Below are positions 46,615 through 55,538 of a stretch of DNA of 64,000 nt, piece after piece (positions within the stretch are counted from its first letter, which is position 1; each line of letters opens with the position of its first letter). The stretch is from Gemmatimonadales bacterium (GTDB lineage Bacteria; Gemmatimonadota; Gemmatimonadetes; Gemmatimonadales; GWC2-71-9). The stretch covers positions 1,816 to 65,815 of the forward strand of contig DATMDQ010000085.1 of the NCBI GenBank assembly GCA_035557715.1, written 5' to 3'. The notes under the pieces were generated by a model. It made no database searches. It was not told the origin of the DNA and saw nothing but the letters and a program-made list of their open reading frames with translations. The position numbers were made by a program, and so were the translations under genes.

Positions 46615-46983
46615 TGCCTTACGTGCCTGCCTGGCCGCCTGCGCTACTGCCTCTCCTGCTTCCGCACCGCCGGTCTCCCGAGCGGGCGCTACCAGCTGGC
46701 TCAGCACCTGGGCGGCGGTCTCCGGTCTTATTTCGCGCAGCTGGCTCACGGCGGCACCGAGCGCGCGCCTCAACGGCGGCGGCATGGTGAGGCTGGACAG
46801 GCGCCGCTCCAGGGCCTGCACCCGGCGGCGCTGTGCCCGCTCGGGCGGTGGCGGATCGAGTAGCAGATCCTGAGCGACCCGCACCGTCAGCCAGAGGGCA
46901 AAGATCCCCCCACGTTTGGGCCCCCTCCCCACCTGGGGCAACAGCGCCAGCAGCGCGCTCTCCGCCGGATCCCAGCCGTTCAC
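46576..46983 (-). CDS. Hypothetical helical protein (135 aa)
   Basis: GTG start in a GTGA overlap with the GT9 gene stop. High GC3. The C-terminal tail ISGEAGRRGEGK is encoded by the repeat C-arm. No recognisable domain. Confidence 0.5.
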   Translation of the reverse strand: MNGWDPAESALLALLPQVGRGPKRGGIFALWLTVRVAQDLLLDPPPPERAQRRRVQALERRLSSLTMPPPLRRALGAAVSQLREIRPETAAQVLSQLVAPARETGGAEAGEAVAQAARQARKAISGEAGRRGEGK

Positions 46984-48002
46984 CGCAGTTTCCGTCCGAG
47001 CGCCTCATTGACGACGGCGGGCTCGATATCGACCAGGCAGCGGTGGTGCCCCAGCGGGCACCGCGGGCCCCCCTGCGAGGTACAAGGCCGGCAGGGGAGA
47101 GGCAGCTCCAGCACGGTGGCCTCTCGGGTGTAGGGGAAGAAACCAAAGGCCTCGACCGTGGGGCCGAACAGCGCCACCACCGGCGTCCCTACTGCTGTCG
47201 CCATGTGCATCACCCCGGTGTCGCCGGAGACGAGCGCACGCGCCCGCTTGAGCAGGGCGCCAGTGGCCTGTAGACCAAAGGTTCCCGCGGCGTTTGCAAC
47301 CCTGGCCCCAGCGTTATCCGACAGCGCGGCCGCCAGGGCCGCATCGCCGGGTCCGCCCACGATGACGACGGAGAGGCCGTCCATGACCGCATTGCTGATC
47401 AGCCTGCGCCAGTGCTCCAGCGGCCAGCGCTTGGTGGCGTGCGCCGCCCCTGGGGCGATAGCCACGATGTTGAGCTCGGATTGGAAGCCTACCGAAATCA
47501 GCCAATCCCCAACCTGCTCGGTGGCCTCGGCCCCCAGGAAGAACTCCGGCGGCCTACCGTCGGGCGCCACGCCGAGATCGCTTACGGCGGAGAAATAGCG
47601 CTCGGGTACCGGCCGCCGGTCGCGATATCGGTTTCGCTTCCCATGAATCAGCAGGGCCCTAGCCCAGCGGTGCTTGGGATAGCCGCGCCAATGACCCGGC
47701 ACCAGCGCTCGAAGTGCCCGGCTCCGGAGGTTGTCGTGGAGGTCGAGCAGGTGGGTGTATTCGTCACCCCTGAGCTCGGCGGCCAGCCGGAGCAGCGAGC
47801 CGCCCGGCGCTAAGCCGATCACCCGGCTCACGTTGGGGTTGTGACTGATAAGCGGGACGAACTCCCGTTTGGTAAGCAGCGTGACTCGTGCGCCCGGATG
47901 GGTGCGGCGGATCGCCCGCAGGAGCGGGGTGGTGAGCAGGATATCGCCAATTGAGCTGAAGCGAACCGCAAGAATGTTCGGGGAGGTGGAAGCGTGGGGC
48001 AC
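46980..48002 (-). CDS. Glycosyltransferase family 9 (LPS heptosyltransferase-like)
   Basis: ILAVRFSSIGDILLTTPLLRAIRRTHPGARVTLLT N-terminus and C-terminal GDTGVMHMA are GT9 hallmarks. GTG start. Confidence 0.85.
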   Translation of the reverse strand: MPHASTSPNILAVRFSSIGDILLTTPLLRAIRRTHPGARVTLLTKREFVPLISHNPNVSRVIGLAPGGSLLRLAAELRGDEYTHLLDLHDNLRSRALRALVPGHWRGYPKHRWARALLIHGKRNRYRDRRPVPERYFSAVSDLGVAPDGRPPEFFLGAEATEQVGDWLISVGFQSELNIVAIAPGAAHATKRWPLEHWRRLISNAVMDGLSVVIVGGPGDAALAAALSDNAGARVANAAGTFGLQATGALLKRARALVSGDTGVMHMATAVGTPVVALFGPTVEAFGFFPYTREATVLELPLPCRPCTSQGGPRCPLGHHRCLVDIEPAVVNEALGRKLR

Positions 48003-48016
48003 GGGGTGAAACTACA

Positions 48017-48062
48017 GCGGTAAGCAGTAGGCGGTAAGCTGCTTACCGCTCACCGCTCACGC
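48017..48062. repeat. Compact heptamer palindrome (GGTAAGC AGTAGGC GGTAAGC t GCTTACC GCTCACC GCTCACG)
   Basis: Read directly from the sequence. It lies in the divergent spacer, about 15 nt from the GT9 start and about 17 nt from the response-regulator start. Confidence 0.88.
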
Positions 48063-48078
48063 GGGTTAGGTTTCGTGC

Positions 48079-49644
48079 ATGCCCCGTCCAAAGAGCATTC
48101 TGTGGGTGGATGATGAGGTCGAGAGCCTCACGTCTCACATCCTGTTCCTCCAAGAGCAGGGGTTCGCCGTGGAAACTACGACTCACGGAGACGACGCCCT
48201 GGTGCTTCTCCAGCGCCAGCCGTATGGGGTCGTCCTGCTCGACGAGCAGATGCCCGGCCGGCGCGGATTGGAAATTTTCCAGGCCATTCGAGCCATTGAC
48301 CACTCGATGCCGGTGGTCATGGTGACCAAGAGCGAAGAGCCTGAGACGCTGAAAGATGCAATCGGGGTCGAGATCTCCGATTATCTCACCAAGCCGGTGA
48401 ATCCGCGTCAGATCCTCTCGGTCGTCACCCGGCTGCTGGAGGGCGACCGGATCCGACAGCAGCGGCTCTCGAGAGACTTCGCCACCCGCTTCAGGGAGCT
48501 CGAGGCGCGTCGCGGGGCTCCGCTGGCCTGGCGGGAGTGGGTCGAGGTGGTCGTCGAGCTGGCAGAATGGGAGGTCCGGCTGGGCCAGGCCGACGAGCCC
48601 GGCCTGCAAGACGCGCTGCGCACTCTGCAGGACAGTATGCGCCAGGATTTCGCCCGCTACCTGCAGCGAAACTATGCCAGGTGGCTGCACGAGGGCGACG
48701 CTGACCGGCCTCCACTGTCGGTGGATATCGGCGCCGAATTCCTTCGCCCGGTACTCGACATGCACGGGCGGGCGATGCTGGTCGTGGTGGACTGTCTGCG
48801 GCTGGATCAGTGGGCCATGATCCGGCCCCTGATCAGTGCCCGATTCGACATCGAGACCGCGCACTATTTCTCGATCCTTCCCACCGCCACGCCCTTCGCC
48901 CGAAACGCCATTTTCAGCGGCCTCTTTCCCGCCGAGATCAAGAGCCGCTACCCCAAGTGGTGGCACGACAACGAAGATGCCAGCCTCAACGCCCACGAGG
49001 CCGAGCTGCTCACCGAGCACCTGCGCGAGCTCACCGGCCGCCCGGTCCCGGTCCATTACGAGAAAGTGTTCACCGCATCGGACGGCGACGGGCTGCTCAA
49101 GCGGTTGCCGGCGCATCTCGCCCAGGATGGCGTAACCGCGCTGGTTTTCAACTTCATCGACCAGCTCACCCACGGCCGCACCGAGAACTCGACCCTCTTC
49201 GAGGTCGCCCGGGACACCTCCGCCCTTCGGAATCTCACCCGCACATGGTTCGAGCGTTCTCCTCTCTGGGACGCGCTGCGGGAGGCCGAGCGCCGGGGGG
49301 TGCCGGTACTTCTCACCACGGACCATGGCTCGATTCACTGCCACACTCCGGCTACGGTGTTCGCCAAGCGAGATACCACCTCCAACCTGCGCTACAAGTT
49401 CGGCGACGATCTTCGTGCCCAGGATCCGGACTCGGCTCTGGTGGTGGATGATCTGGCCAGCTTCGGGCTCCCCACCAGGACCCCGGGAACCCGGCTCTTG
49501 CTCGCCACCGGAGATCGCTTCTTCGTCTACCCCACCAAGCTCCGGGAATACCAGGCTCGCTACCGAGGGGCATTCCTCCATGGAGGCGTGTCGCCCGAGG
49601 AGGTACTCCTGCCCATCGCGCTGCTCACCCCGCGGCACGGCTGA
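48079..49644 (+). CDS. PorX-type response regulator: CheY-like receiver + PglZ (alkaline-phosphatase-fold) domain
   Basis: ILWVDDEVESLTSHILFLQEQGF...LLDEQMPGRRGLE...VMVTKSEEPETLKDAIGVEISDYLTKPVNPRQI matches my memory of the PorX receiver and linker. The C-terminal PglZ-like region includes TTDHGSIH. Confidence 0.8.
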   Translation: MPRPKSILWVDDEVESLTSHILFLQEQGFAVETTTHGDDALVLLQRQPYGVVLLDEQMPGRRGLEIFQAIRAIDHSMPVVMVTKSEEPETLKDAIGVEISDYLTKPVNPRQILSVVTRLLEGDRIRQQRLSRDFATRFRELEARRGAPLAWREWVEVVVELAEWEVRLGQADEPGLQDALRTLQDSMRQDFARYLQRNYARWLHEGDADRPPLSVDIGAEFLRPVLDMHGRAMLVVVDCLRLDQWAMIRPLISARFDIETAHYFSILPTATPFARNAIFSGLFPAEIKSRYPKWWHDNEDASLNAHEAELLTEHLRELTGRPVPVHYEKVFTASDGDGLLKRLPAHLAQDGVTALVFNFIDQLTHGRTENSTLFEVARDTSALRNLTRTWFERSPLWDALREAERRGVPVLLTTDHGSIHCHTPATVFAKRDTTSNLRYKFGDDLRAQDPDSALVVDDLASFGLPTRTPGTRLLLATGDRFFVYPTKLREYQARYRGAFLHGGVSPEEVLLPIALLTPRHG

Positions 49645-49646
49645 CG

Positions 49647-51479
49647 GTGCGCGCCGAGCTCCGGCTCCTGCGGCTGGTCACCCCTTACCGGGCCCTGCTC
49701 GGGTTCGGACTCGTGACCACCATGCTGGCCTCCCTGCTCGATGGCTTTACCCTGGTGATGCTGGTCCCGCTGCTGAAGCACCTGTTCGGAACCGCCGGAA
49801 GCCTGCGGGCCGGGTCCACCCAGCTGGAGGCCCTGATCGACCGGCTGGTCGAACCGCTCATAGCTGGTCTCTCACCGGGTCAGGCGGCCGGCCGCCTGGT
49901 GGTGCTTCTGGTCATTGGCCTCGTGCTAAAAAACGTCATGAGCTATGCATCCACTCAGCTCTCGGTGCGCACCCAGGAGGGGCTGGTGCGCGACCTTCGC
50001 ACCCGGCTGTTCGGCCACCTACTCACGCTGGACCTCGGCTTCTTCCAGCGCACCCGGGCCGGTCAGCTGATCTCGGGGATAATCACCGAGGTGGACCAGA
50101 CCAAGACGGTCATCTCGGCCTCGCTGCTCTCGTTCTTCCAGAATCTCGTCGTGGTAGCCGTGACGCTGTTCATCCTGAGCCAGATCTCGCTCCGGCTGAC
50201 CCTGCTCACGCTGGCGTTCGTTCCCTTTTTGCTGCTGGGACTTCAGTCGCTCCTGCGGCGGCTGCGGGGCCACGCGCGCGCCCGGGCGCACGAGCGGGGA
50301 GAGATCACGGCAACCGTGAGCGAGCGACTCGGCGCCATCCGGCTGATCCGGTCCTACGGGGAGGAGGCCCGAGAGACGTCCCATTTCGGGGCTCAGGCGG
50401 ATCGCTATCGAAAGCGGGTGATTCGCACCCAGCGATTTTCCTCGCTCACCAGTCCGGTCACCGAGGTGTTCTCCGGGTTTCTCGTAATCCTGATCATCTG
50501 GGCCGGCACCAAACCCGGGCTGGTCGGCCTAACAGCGCCGCTTGCACCCGAGACCATCATCGTATTCCTCCTGGCCGCGCTGAAGCTCACCTCGCCACTC
50601 AAGACCATCGCCTCGTTTCCCGCCACCATGGCGGTGACCCTGGCGAGCGCCGAGCGGGTCTTCGATTTCCTCGATGAGCCGTCCACCGAGGTGGACCGCC
50701 CTGGGGATGAGATCGCCAAATTCGACCGTGATATTGCCTTCGACCGGGTCTCCTTCCGGTATGGAGACGGCGATCTGGTCCTGCGGGACGTCTCTTTCAA
50801 GCTGGGAAAGGGTCGGATCGTCGCCCTGGTCGGCCCTTCCGGAGCAGGGAAGACCACGATTGCTGATCTGGTTCCGCGTTTCCACGATCCCACCATCGGA
50901 CAGATTCTGATGGACGGGGTGCCCCTTACCCGCATCGGCCGGCGTTCACTGCGGGCGTTGATGGGCGTCGTGAGTCAGGACACCGTCCTGCTGAACGACA
51001 CGGTCCGAGGCAACATCGCCTACGGCTCGCCGGGGGCTACGCCGGAGATGGTCGAGGCCGCCGCTCAGGCGGCCAACGCTGCCGGGTTCGTCGCCGAGCT
51101 TCCTCAGGGCTACGACACCATGCTGGGCGAGCGGGGGACCCGGCTCTCGGGTGGACAGCGACAGCGGATCGCTATCGCCCGTGCGCTACTGCGCGATCCA
51201 CCGATTCTGATTCTGGACGAGGCCACCAGCGCGCTCGACACCGAATCCGAACGGCTGGTGCAGCAGGCCATCGAGCGGCTCATGCGGGAGCGCACGGTGC
51301 TGGTGATTGCCCACCGTCTGGCGACGGTGCGCGATGCTGACGAGATCGTGGTCCTGGATGGGGGACGTGTAGTGCAGCGCGGCAGCCACGAGGAGCTGCT
51401 TCGTGCCGGGGGACTCTATCGCCGGCTATACGATCTTCAGTTCCGCGGCGAAGAACCGGCGGTCACGGCGGAGCTGTAG
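49647..51479 (+). CDS. ABC exporter, fused permease-ATPase (MsbA-like lipid A/lipid flippase)
   Basis: Six-TM domain, then an NBD with Walker A GPSGAGKTT, signature LSGGQRQR and Walker B ILILDEATS. GTG start 2 nt after the regulator stop. Confidence 0.88.
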   Translation: MRAELRLLRLVTPYRALLGFGLVTTMLASLLDGFTLVMLVPLLKHLFGTAGSLRAGSTQLEALIDRLVEPLIAGLSPGQAAGRLVVLLVIGLVLKNVMSYASTQLSVRTQEGLVRDLRTRLFGHLLTLDLGFFQRTRAGQLISGIITEVDQTKTVISASLLSFFQNLVVVAVTLFILSQISLRLTLLTLAFVPFLLLGLQSLLRRLRGHARARAHERGEITATVSERLGAIRLIRSYGEEARETSHFGAQADRYRKRVIRTQRFSSLTSPVTEVFSGFLVILIIWAGTKPGLVGLTAPLAPETIIVFLLAALKLTSPLKTIASFPATMAVTLASAERVFDFLDEPSTEVDRPGDEIAKFDRDIAFDRVSFRYGDGDLVLRDVSFKLGKGRIVALVGPSGAGKTTIADLVPRFHDPTIGQILMDGVPLTRIGRRSLRALMGVVSQDTVLLNDTVRGNIAYGSPGATPEMVEAAAQAANAAGFVAELPQGYDTMLGERGTRLSGGQRQRIAIARALLRDPPILILDEATSALDTESERLVQQAIERLMRERTVLVIAHRLATVRDADEIVVLDGGRVVQRGSHEELLRAGGLYRRLYDLQFRGEEPAVTAEL

Positions 51480-52401
51480 CCAGTCGGCCCTCAGGAAGCC
51501 CATTCGCTGCCAGATAATGGCGATACATGCGGACGTACTCCTCCGCCATGGCCGTGTGGCTGAACCAGCGCTCGGCGCGGCGGCGGCAGGCATGCGGATC
51601 GCAACGCGCGATCGACGGTCGGAGCGCGACCAGCTCATCGAGGGAGTCTGCCAGGGCGCCGACCTCACTCGAGACCACCTCCGGCAGCGCTCCTCGCCGG
51701 GTACCGAGCACCGGCGTTCCGCTCATCATCGCCTCCACCAGGGTCAGGCCGAAAGGCTCATCCCACAGGGCGGGCATCCACAGGCAACTGGCGCCTGCCA
51801 GCAGCGCCGCCTTCCTCTCGCCGTCCACGCTGCCGACGAACCGAACCCGCCGGCTCAGGCTGGGCCGCCATCCGCCGGCTACGACGATGGGTCTCCCGCT
51901 GCGCTTGGCTCCCTGGATCGCCCAGCGGTACCCTTTGACGGTACGAAGCCGGCCGAGGAAGAGATCAAAGTCGGCTTTGTCTGGACGAAAGATGAATTCC
52001 GAAGGGTCCACGCCGTTATACACAAAAGCGGTGCCGCCGTGCCGGCGCGCGTGATCGGCGCTGACGAAGATGGTGTTCGGGAGCGGTCCTCGTCCAGGAC
52101 CGTAATTGCCGTGGAGCGTGAATACGTGTGGGTGATCTGGAGTCGCGTGGAGGGGGCCGTGAGCATGGAGAATCTCGACGGAAGCAGGCAGCAAGGGGGT
52201 GAGATCGAAGCCGGTCCGGGCGATCTCGCGCGGGTCCAGCGGGACCATCTCGGCCCCGGGCACGCGGGACCCGGTCGGAGCGAGCACGGTTACCCGATGA
52301 CCCAGTTCAACCAGTCCTCCTGCCAGCCAGACCACTACGCGTTGAGTGCCGCCGTAGCCCTCCACCGGCAGGTGACTATGGGTGTAGAGGGCGATGTGCA
52401 T
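51463..52401 (-). CDS. Glycosyltransferase family 4 (GT-B, GT1-type)
   Basis: YGGTQRVVVWLAGGLVELGHRV N-terminal block and C-terminal EPFGLTLVEAMMSGTPVL. Its 3' end overlaps the msbA-like 3' end by 17 nt. Confidence 0.85.
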   Translation of the reverse strand: MHIALYTHSHLPVEGYGGTQRVVVWLAGGLVELGHRVTVLAPTGSRVPGAEMVPLDPREIARTGFDLTPLLPASVEILHAHGPLHATPDHPHVFTLHGNYGPGRGPLPNTIFVSADHARRHGGTAFVYNGVDPSEFIFRPDKADFDLFLGRLRTVKGYRWAIQGAKRSGRPIVVAGGWRPSLSRRVRFVGSVDGERKAALLAGASCLWMPALWDEPFGLTLVEAMMSGTPVLGTRRGALPEVVSSEVGALADSLDELVALRPSIARCDPHACRRRAERWFSHTAMAEEYVRMYRHYLAANGLPEGRLATAPP

Positions 52402-52454
52402 TGCGGCACAATGTACCGGCCGACGGCGGCTCTGGCCAACAGGACGTCAACCGG

Positions 52455-53552
52455 ATGACTGCATCCGTCATGCAGGTGCTCCACCAGGGCGGCGGAGCCG
52501 GCTCGGTGACGTCGACGCTGCATCTCAGTCTGGGTCTGGCACGCGGAGGGCTGCAGGTACGCTTCGTATGCCCCCCCGGTTCCGAAGTCGAGGCTCTTGC
52601 CCGAGCCGGAGGTCTCGAGGTGCATCCACTCGCCCTTGAGCCGCACCGGCGGCGAGACAATGCGGCCAAGCTCGTCACCCTGCTCGACCGGTATCCAGTG
52701 GATCTGATCAACTCCCAGAGCGCCCGAGATCGTGAGGCGCTCACCTGGCTGGCCCTCACCGGGCGGCTGCCGGTACCGCTCGTCGTTACCCGCCGACAGA
52801 TGCCGCGCACCTTCTTCCTCGAAAATTGGCTGATGAGTCGGGTGGCCGCCCAGGTAGTCGCAGTGAGCCGAGCCGTGGGGGACGCATTGATCCGGCGGGG
52901 CACGCCGAAGCAGAAGCTGACCGTGATTCCCAACGGAGTCGTCACCGCGCGGATCGATGTGCCGGTGAGCGACGCGTCCATAGAGGAATGGAAAGCACGG
53001 ATCGGCTGGGAGCCGGGACGGCGTACCATCGGCATTGTCGCCCGACCCAAGGATCAGGAGGTGGTGCTGCGCGCGCTCCCCGACGTCCGCACGCCGGTTC
53101 ACCTGGTCCTGGCCGGCGTCGAGCCGCAAAGCCGGCTGGGCCAGCTCGCAAGGCGTGTTGTGGCTCCCCACAAGGTGGTCTGCCTTGCATTCACTCCGAA
53201 AGTGCGCCCGCTATATGATCTGCTGGATCTCGTCATGCTTCCCTCAGAATCCGAGGGGCTGTCTCAGGCGTTGCTGGAGGCCATGGCGCTGGGCAAACCG
53301 GTGATCGCGTCGGCCTCAACCGGCAATCTGGATCTGGTGACGGATGGAGTAGACGGCCGGCTCGTGTCTCCGAAAACGCCCAGGGCCTGGGCTGCCGCCA
53401 TCGACGAGCTGCTCACCGATGCCGGGCTTGCCGGACGTCTCGGTACCGCGGCCCGTCGGACCGCCCGCGAGACTTTCGGGCTTGGGCGCACCGTAGCCCG
53501 GACGACCGAGCTGTACCAGTCCCTGCTCCAGAGTCGGCCAAGGCGGTTTTGA
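52455..53552 (+). CDS. Glycosyltransferase family 4
   Basis: GGGAGSVTSTLHLSLGLARGG N-terminal block and SESEGLSQALLEAMALGKPVI near the C-terminus. Start moved to ATG 52455. Confidence 0.85.
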   Translation: MTASVMQVLHQGGGAGSVTSTLHLSLGLARGGLQVRFVCPPGSEVEALARAGGLEVHPLALEPHRRRDNAAKLVTLLDRYPVDLINSQSARDREALTWLALTGRLPVPLVVTRRQMPRTFFLENWLMSRVAAQVVAVSRAVGDALIRRGTPKQKLTVIPNGVVTARIDVPVSDASIEEWKARIGWEPGRRTIGIVARPKDQEVVLRALPDVRTPVHLVLAGVEPQSRLGQLARRVVAPHKVVCLAFTPKVRPLYDLLDLVMLPSESEGLSQALLEAMALGKPVIASASTGNLDLVTDGVDGRLVSPKTPRAWAAAIDELLTDAGLAGRLGTAARRTARETFGLGRTVARTTELYQSLLQSRPRRF

Positions 53553-53555
53553 CAC

Positions 53556-54482
53556 TTGCTCCAGTCCCGGAGATCAGGGCAAATTCTCCCATCCTCGAAT
53601 CCGCGCTCCCGGAGTAATCCCGTGGTCCAGGTGTCGGGCTTCACCATCGTCCGTAACGCCGTCAAGCTCGATTTCCCTCTCGAAGCCAGTATCCGTTCGA
53701 TCCTCCCGATCTGCGATGAAGTCGTGGTCAACGTAGGCCGGTCGGATGACAACACCCTCGAGGTGGTGCGTTCGATCGGCGACCCGAAGATTCGGATCCT
53801 CGAGACCGAATGGGACATGACGAGACGGAACTGGGTATTCGGGGACGAAACTCTGAAGGCGATGCGGGCCTGCCGGTTTCCCTGGGGGGTCTACATCCAG
53901 GCCGATGAGGTCCTGCATGAGGATGGCGCGCGTGAGCTGTACGACGCCATTCAGCGGAACGATGCCGATCCTCGGGTCGAGGGCCTCCTGGTCCGGTACC
54001 TCCACTTCTACGGGGGCCTGGACACGATCGCCACCCATCGCCGCTGGTATCGTCGGGAGGTCCGGGTGGTCAGACTGGACCCGGCACTCGATATCCGACC
54101 GTACCAGGGAGCGCAAGGTTTCCGGGTTGGGCCAGAGCTCAGGAAGATCCGTAGTCGCCTCACGGGTGCAGTGATGTACCACTACGGTTGGGGGCGTCCC
54201 GCCAGGGCCATCCACGCCAAGCGAGAGGTCACCCGCGGATTCTTCCCCGACAAGCAGCCCGAAGGCACCCCGCTCCTGCCTTGGATACCGCTCCTCCGCC
54301 CCTTTCACGGTGCCCACCCGGCGGTGGCACAGGAGTGGGTGGAGCAGCGACGGAACGATCCCGAGCGTCGCGTCGCTCCACGCCGCCTTCGGCTGCTGCA
54401 CCTTCGGTTCTACCTCTCGCATGTAATCGAACGCCTCACCGGAGTGCGCGTCTTCGAGTTCCGCAATTACAAGCGGGTTTGA
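53556..54482 (+). CDS. Glycosyltransferase-like protein (GT2-related, uncharacterised subfamily)
   Basis: GFTIVRNAVKLDFPLEASIRSILPICDEVVVNVGRSDDNTLEVV resembles an uncharacterised sugar-transferase family seen in polysaccharide loci. The start is uncertain (possibly a GTG near VQVSGFT). Confidence 0.55.
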   Translation: MLQSRRSGQILPSSNPRSRSNPVVQVSGFTIVRNAVKLDFPLEASIRSILPICDEVVVNVGRSDDNTLEVVRSIGDPKIRILETEWDMTRRNWVFGDETLKAMRACRFPWGVYIQADEVLHEDGARELYDAIQRNDADPRVEGLLVRYLHFYGGLDTIATHRRWYRREVRVVRLDPALDIRPYQGAQGFRVGPELRKIRSRLTGAVMYHYGWGRPARAIHAKREVTRGFFPDKQPEGTPLLPWIPLLRPFHGAHPAVAQEWVEQRRNDPERRVAPRRLRLLHLRFYLSHVIERLTGVRVFEFRNYKRV

Positions 54483-54489
54483 GGTCTGG

Positions 54490-55443
54490 TTAAAGTGGGT
54501 AGGCTTGCCGCCTGAGCAGCAGCTCCAGCCGATGCGCGTAGGTGTGAGCGGCGTGGACATGAGCCAGACCTGCGGCGGCAATACTGGCCCTTCCGGAGTG
54601 GTCAGCCAGATAGTGCCGAACCAGATCGACCGCCTCCGCATTTGAGTCATACCAGACGCAATGCTCACCGCCTTGGGCCAGACGGCTAACCTCGGGCACC
54701 TGGGGACCGAGGTAGAAGCCGCCGCATCCCAGGACTTTCCAGAGCCGATTCGAGGTGCACGCCCGGGCGCTCCACTGCTGTTCGGTGGCATTTGCTCCCA
54801 GTGAGATCGAGGCGCCGCGCACGATCTGGGAGAAGCGACGTCCGCGAACCGCTCCGCCCACCACTGGAAGGCTCGTGCCGCCGTCCCAGCCAGGCCCGCG
54901 GATGTGAAGGTTGCAGGTCTCTGCGACTGCCCGGAGCAGCTCGTGCCGGTAGCGATACTGACCCGATCCGATGAAGGATGCATCACACCGGTAGCGACCT
55001 GGGACGTAGCTCGCGGGTACGTCGAAAGTGGGGTCACAGCCCTGCGGGAGAAACTTGACTGAAGGGAGCCCCGCGCCGGTATAGAGCTCGATCTGAGACG
55101 GGCAGGTGACGAACACGGATTCGGCGGCCCGGCCGAGTCGAAGGATGCGCTCGGCGGGTCGGTCGACCAGGTCAAAGAACCAGAGGACCGACTCGCGCCC
55201 ACGGGTTACGGCCGCCAGGGTCTGGTCATCGAGCGGGGCCGCGTAACGGGTGAGCAGGATCGTGTCGGGTGCGAACCGATCGATGCGCCACCGGATAAAT
55301 CTCCCGGCAAACCTTCGGAGTAGCCGGGAAGTACCGGGCACGTCGATTAGAAGACAGCGGTGCCCCAGGCTCCGCGCGCCTCGGGCGATGGCCGCCTCGG
55401 TCCGGTGGGCTCCCCCTGCGCCGAAGATCACAATCCGTTTCAT
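54490..55443 (-). CDS. CgeB-family / DUF3880-type glycosyltransferase-like protein
   Basis: MKRIVIFGAGG...TSNRLWKVLGCGGFYL...VWYDSNAEAVDLVRHYL is the pattern typical of this family. Confidence 0.6.
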   Translation of the reverse strand: MKRIVIFGAGGAHRTEAAIARGARSLGHRCLLIDVPGTSRLLRRFAGRFIRWRIDRFAPDTILLTRYAAPLDDQTLAAVTRGRESVLWFFDLVDRPAERILRLGRAAESVFVTCPSQIELYTGAGLPSVKFLPQGCDPTFDVPASYVPGRYRCDASFIGSGQYRYRHELLRAVAETCNLHIRGPGWDGGTSLPVVGGAVRGRRFSQIVRGASISLGANATEQQWSARACTSNRLWKVLGCGGFYLGPQVPEVSRLAQGGEHCVWYDSNAEAVDLVRHYLADHSGRASIAAAGLAHVHAAHTYAHRLELLLRRQAYPL

Positions 55444-55538
55444 CCGGCTTCTCATGGTCGTGAGGCGAGAATAACTTGTCGCGCACCAGTATCATCACCG
55501 CCGATGTGCCGGGCAAGCATTGACCCTGCGGAGGACAC

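Noticed and set aside
46576-46983. The 135-aa ORF as a detached DnaB N-terminal domain (a split dnaB interrupted by the palindrome)
   Set aside because: The position and size fit, and the downstream ORF starts exactly at the linker. However, I see none of the usual DnaB N-domain sequence features beyond a vague AE..LL match. It is kept only as something HHpred could test.
48043-49638. 531-aa ORF antisense to the porX-like gene
   Set aside because: It is a mirror-frame ORF, which is typical of high-GC DNA. The composition is Gly/Arg/Pro/Glu-rich with no motifs, while the plus-strand protein has clear receiver and PglZ signatures.
48079-49644. PglZ domain as a BREX-type defence marker, and likewise patatin (58143..59258) as a CBASS effector and the HerA-like DUF853 protein (61417..62955) as a defence ATPase
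   Set aside because: None of the obligatory partner genes is nearby (PglX/BrxC, a cyclase/CD-NTase, or Sir2/nuclease partners). The contexts are housekeeping or envelope genes, and the domain combinations point to PorX-type and YjgR-type proteins.
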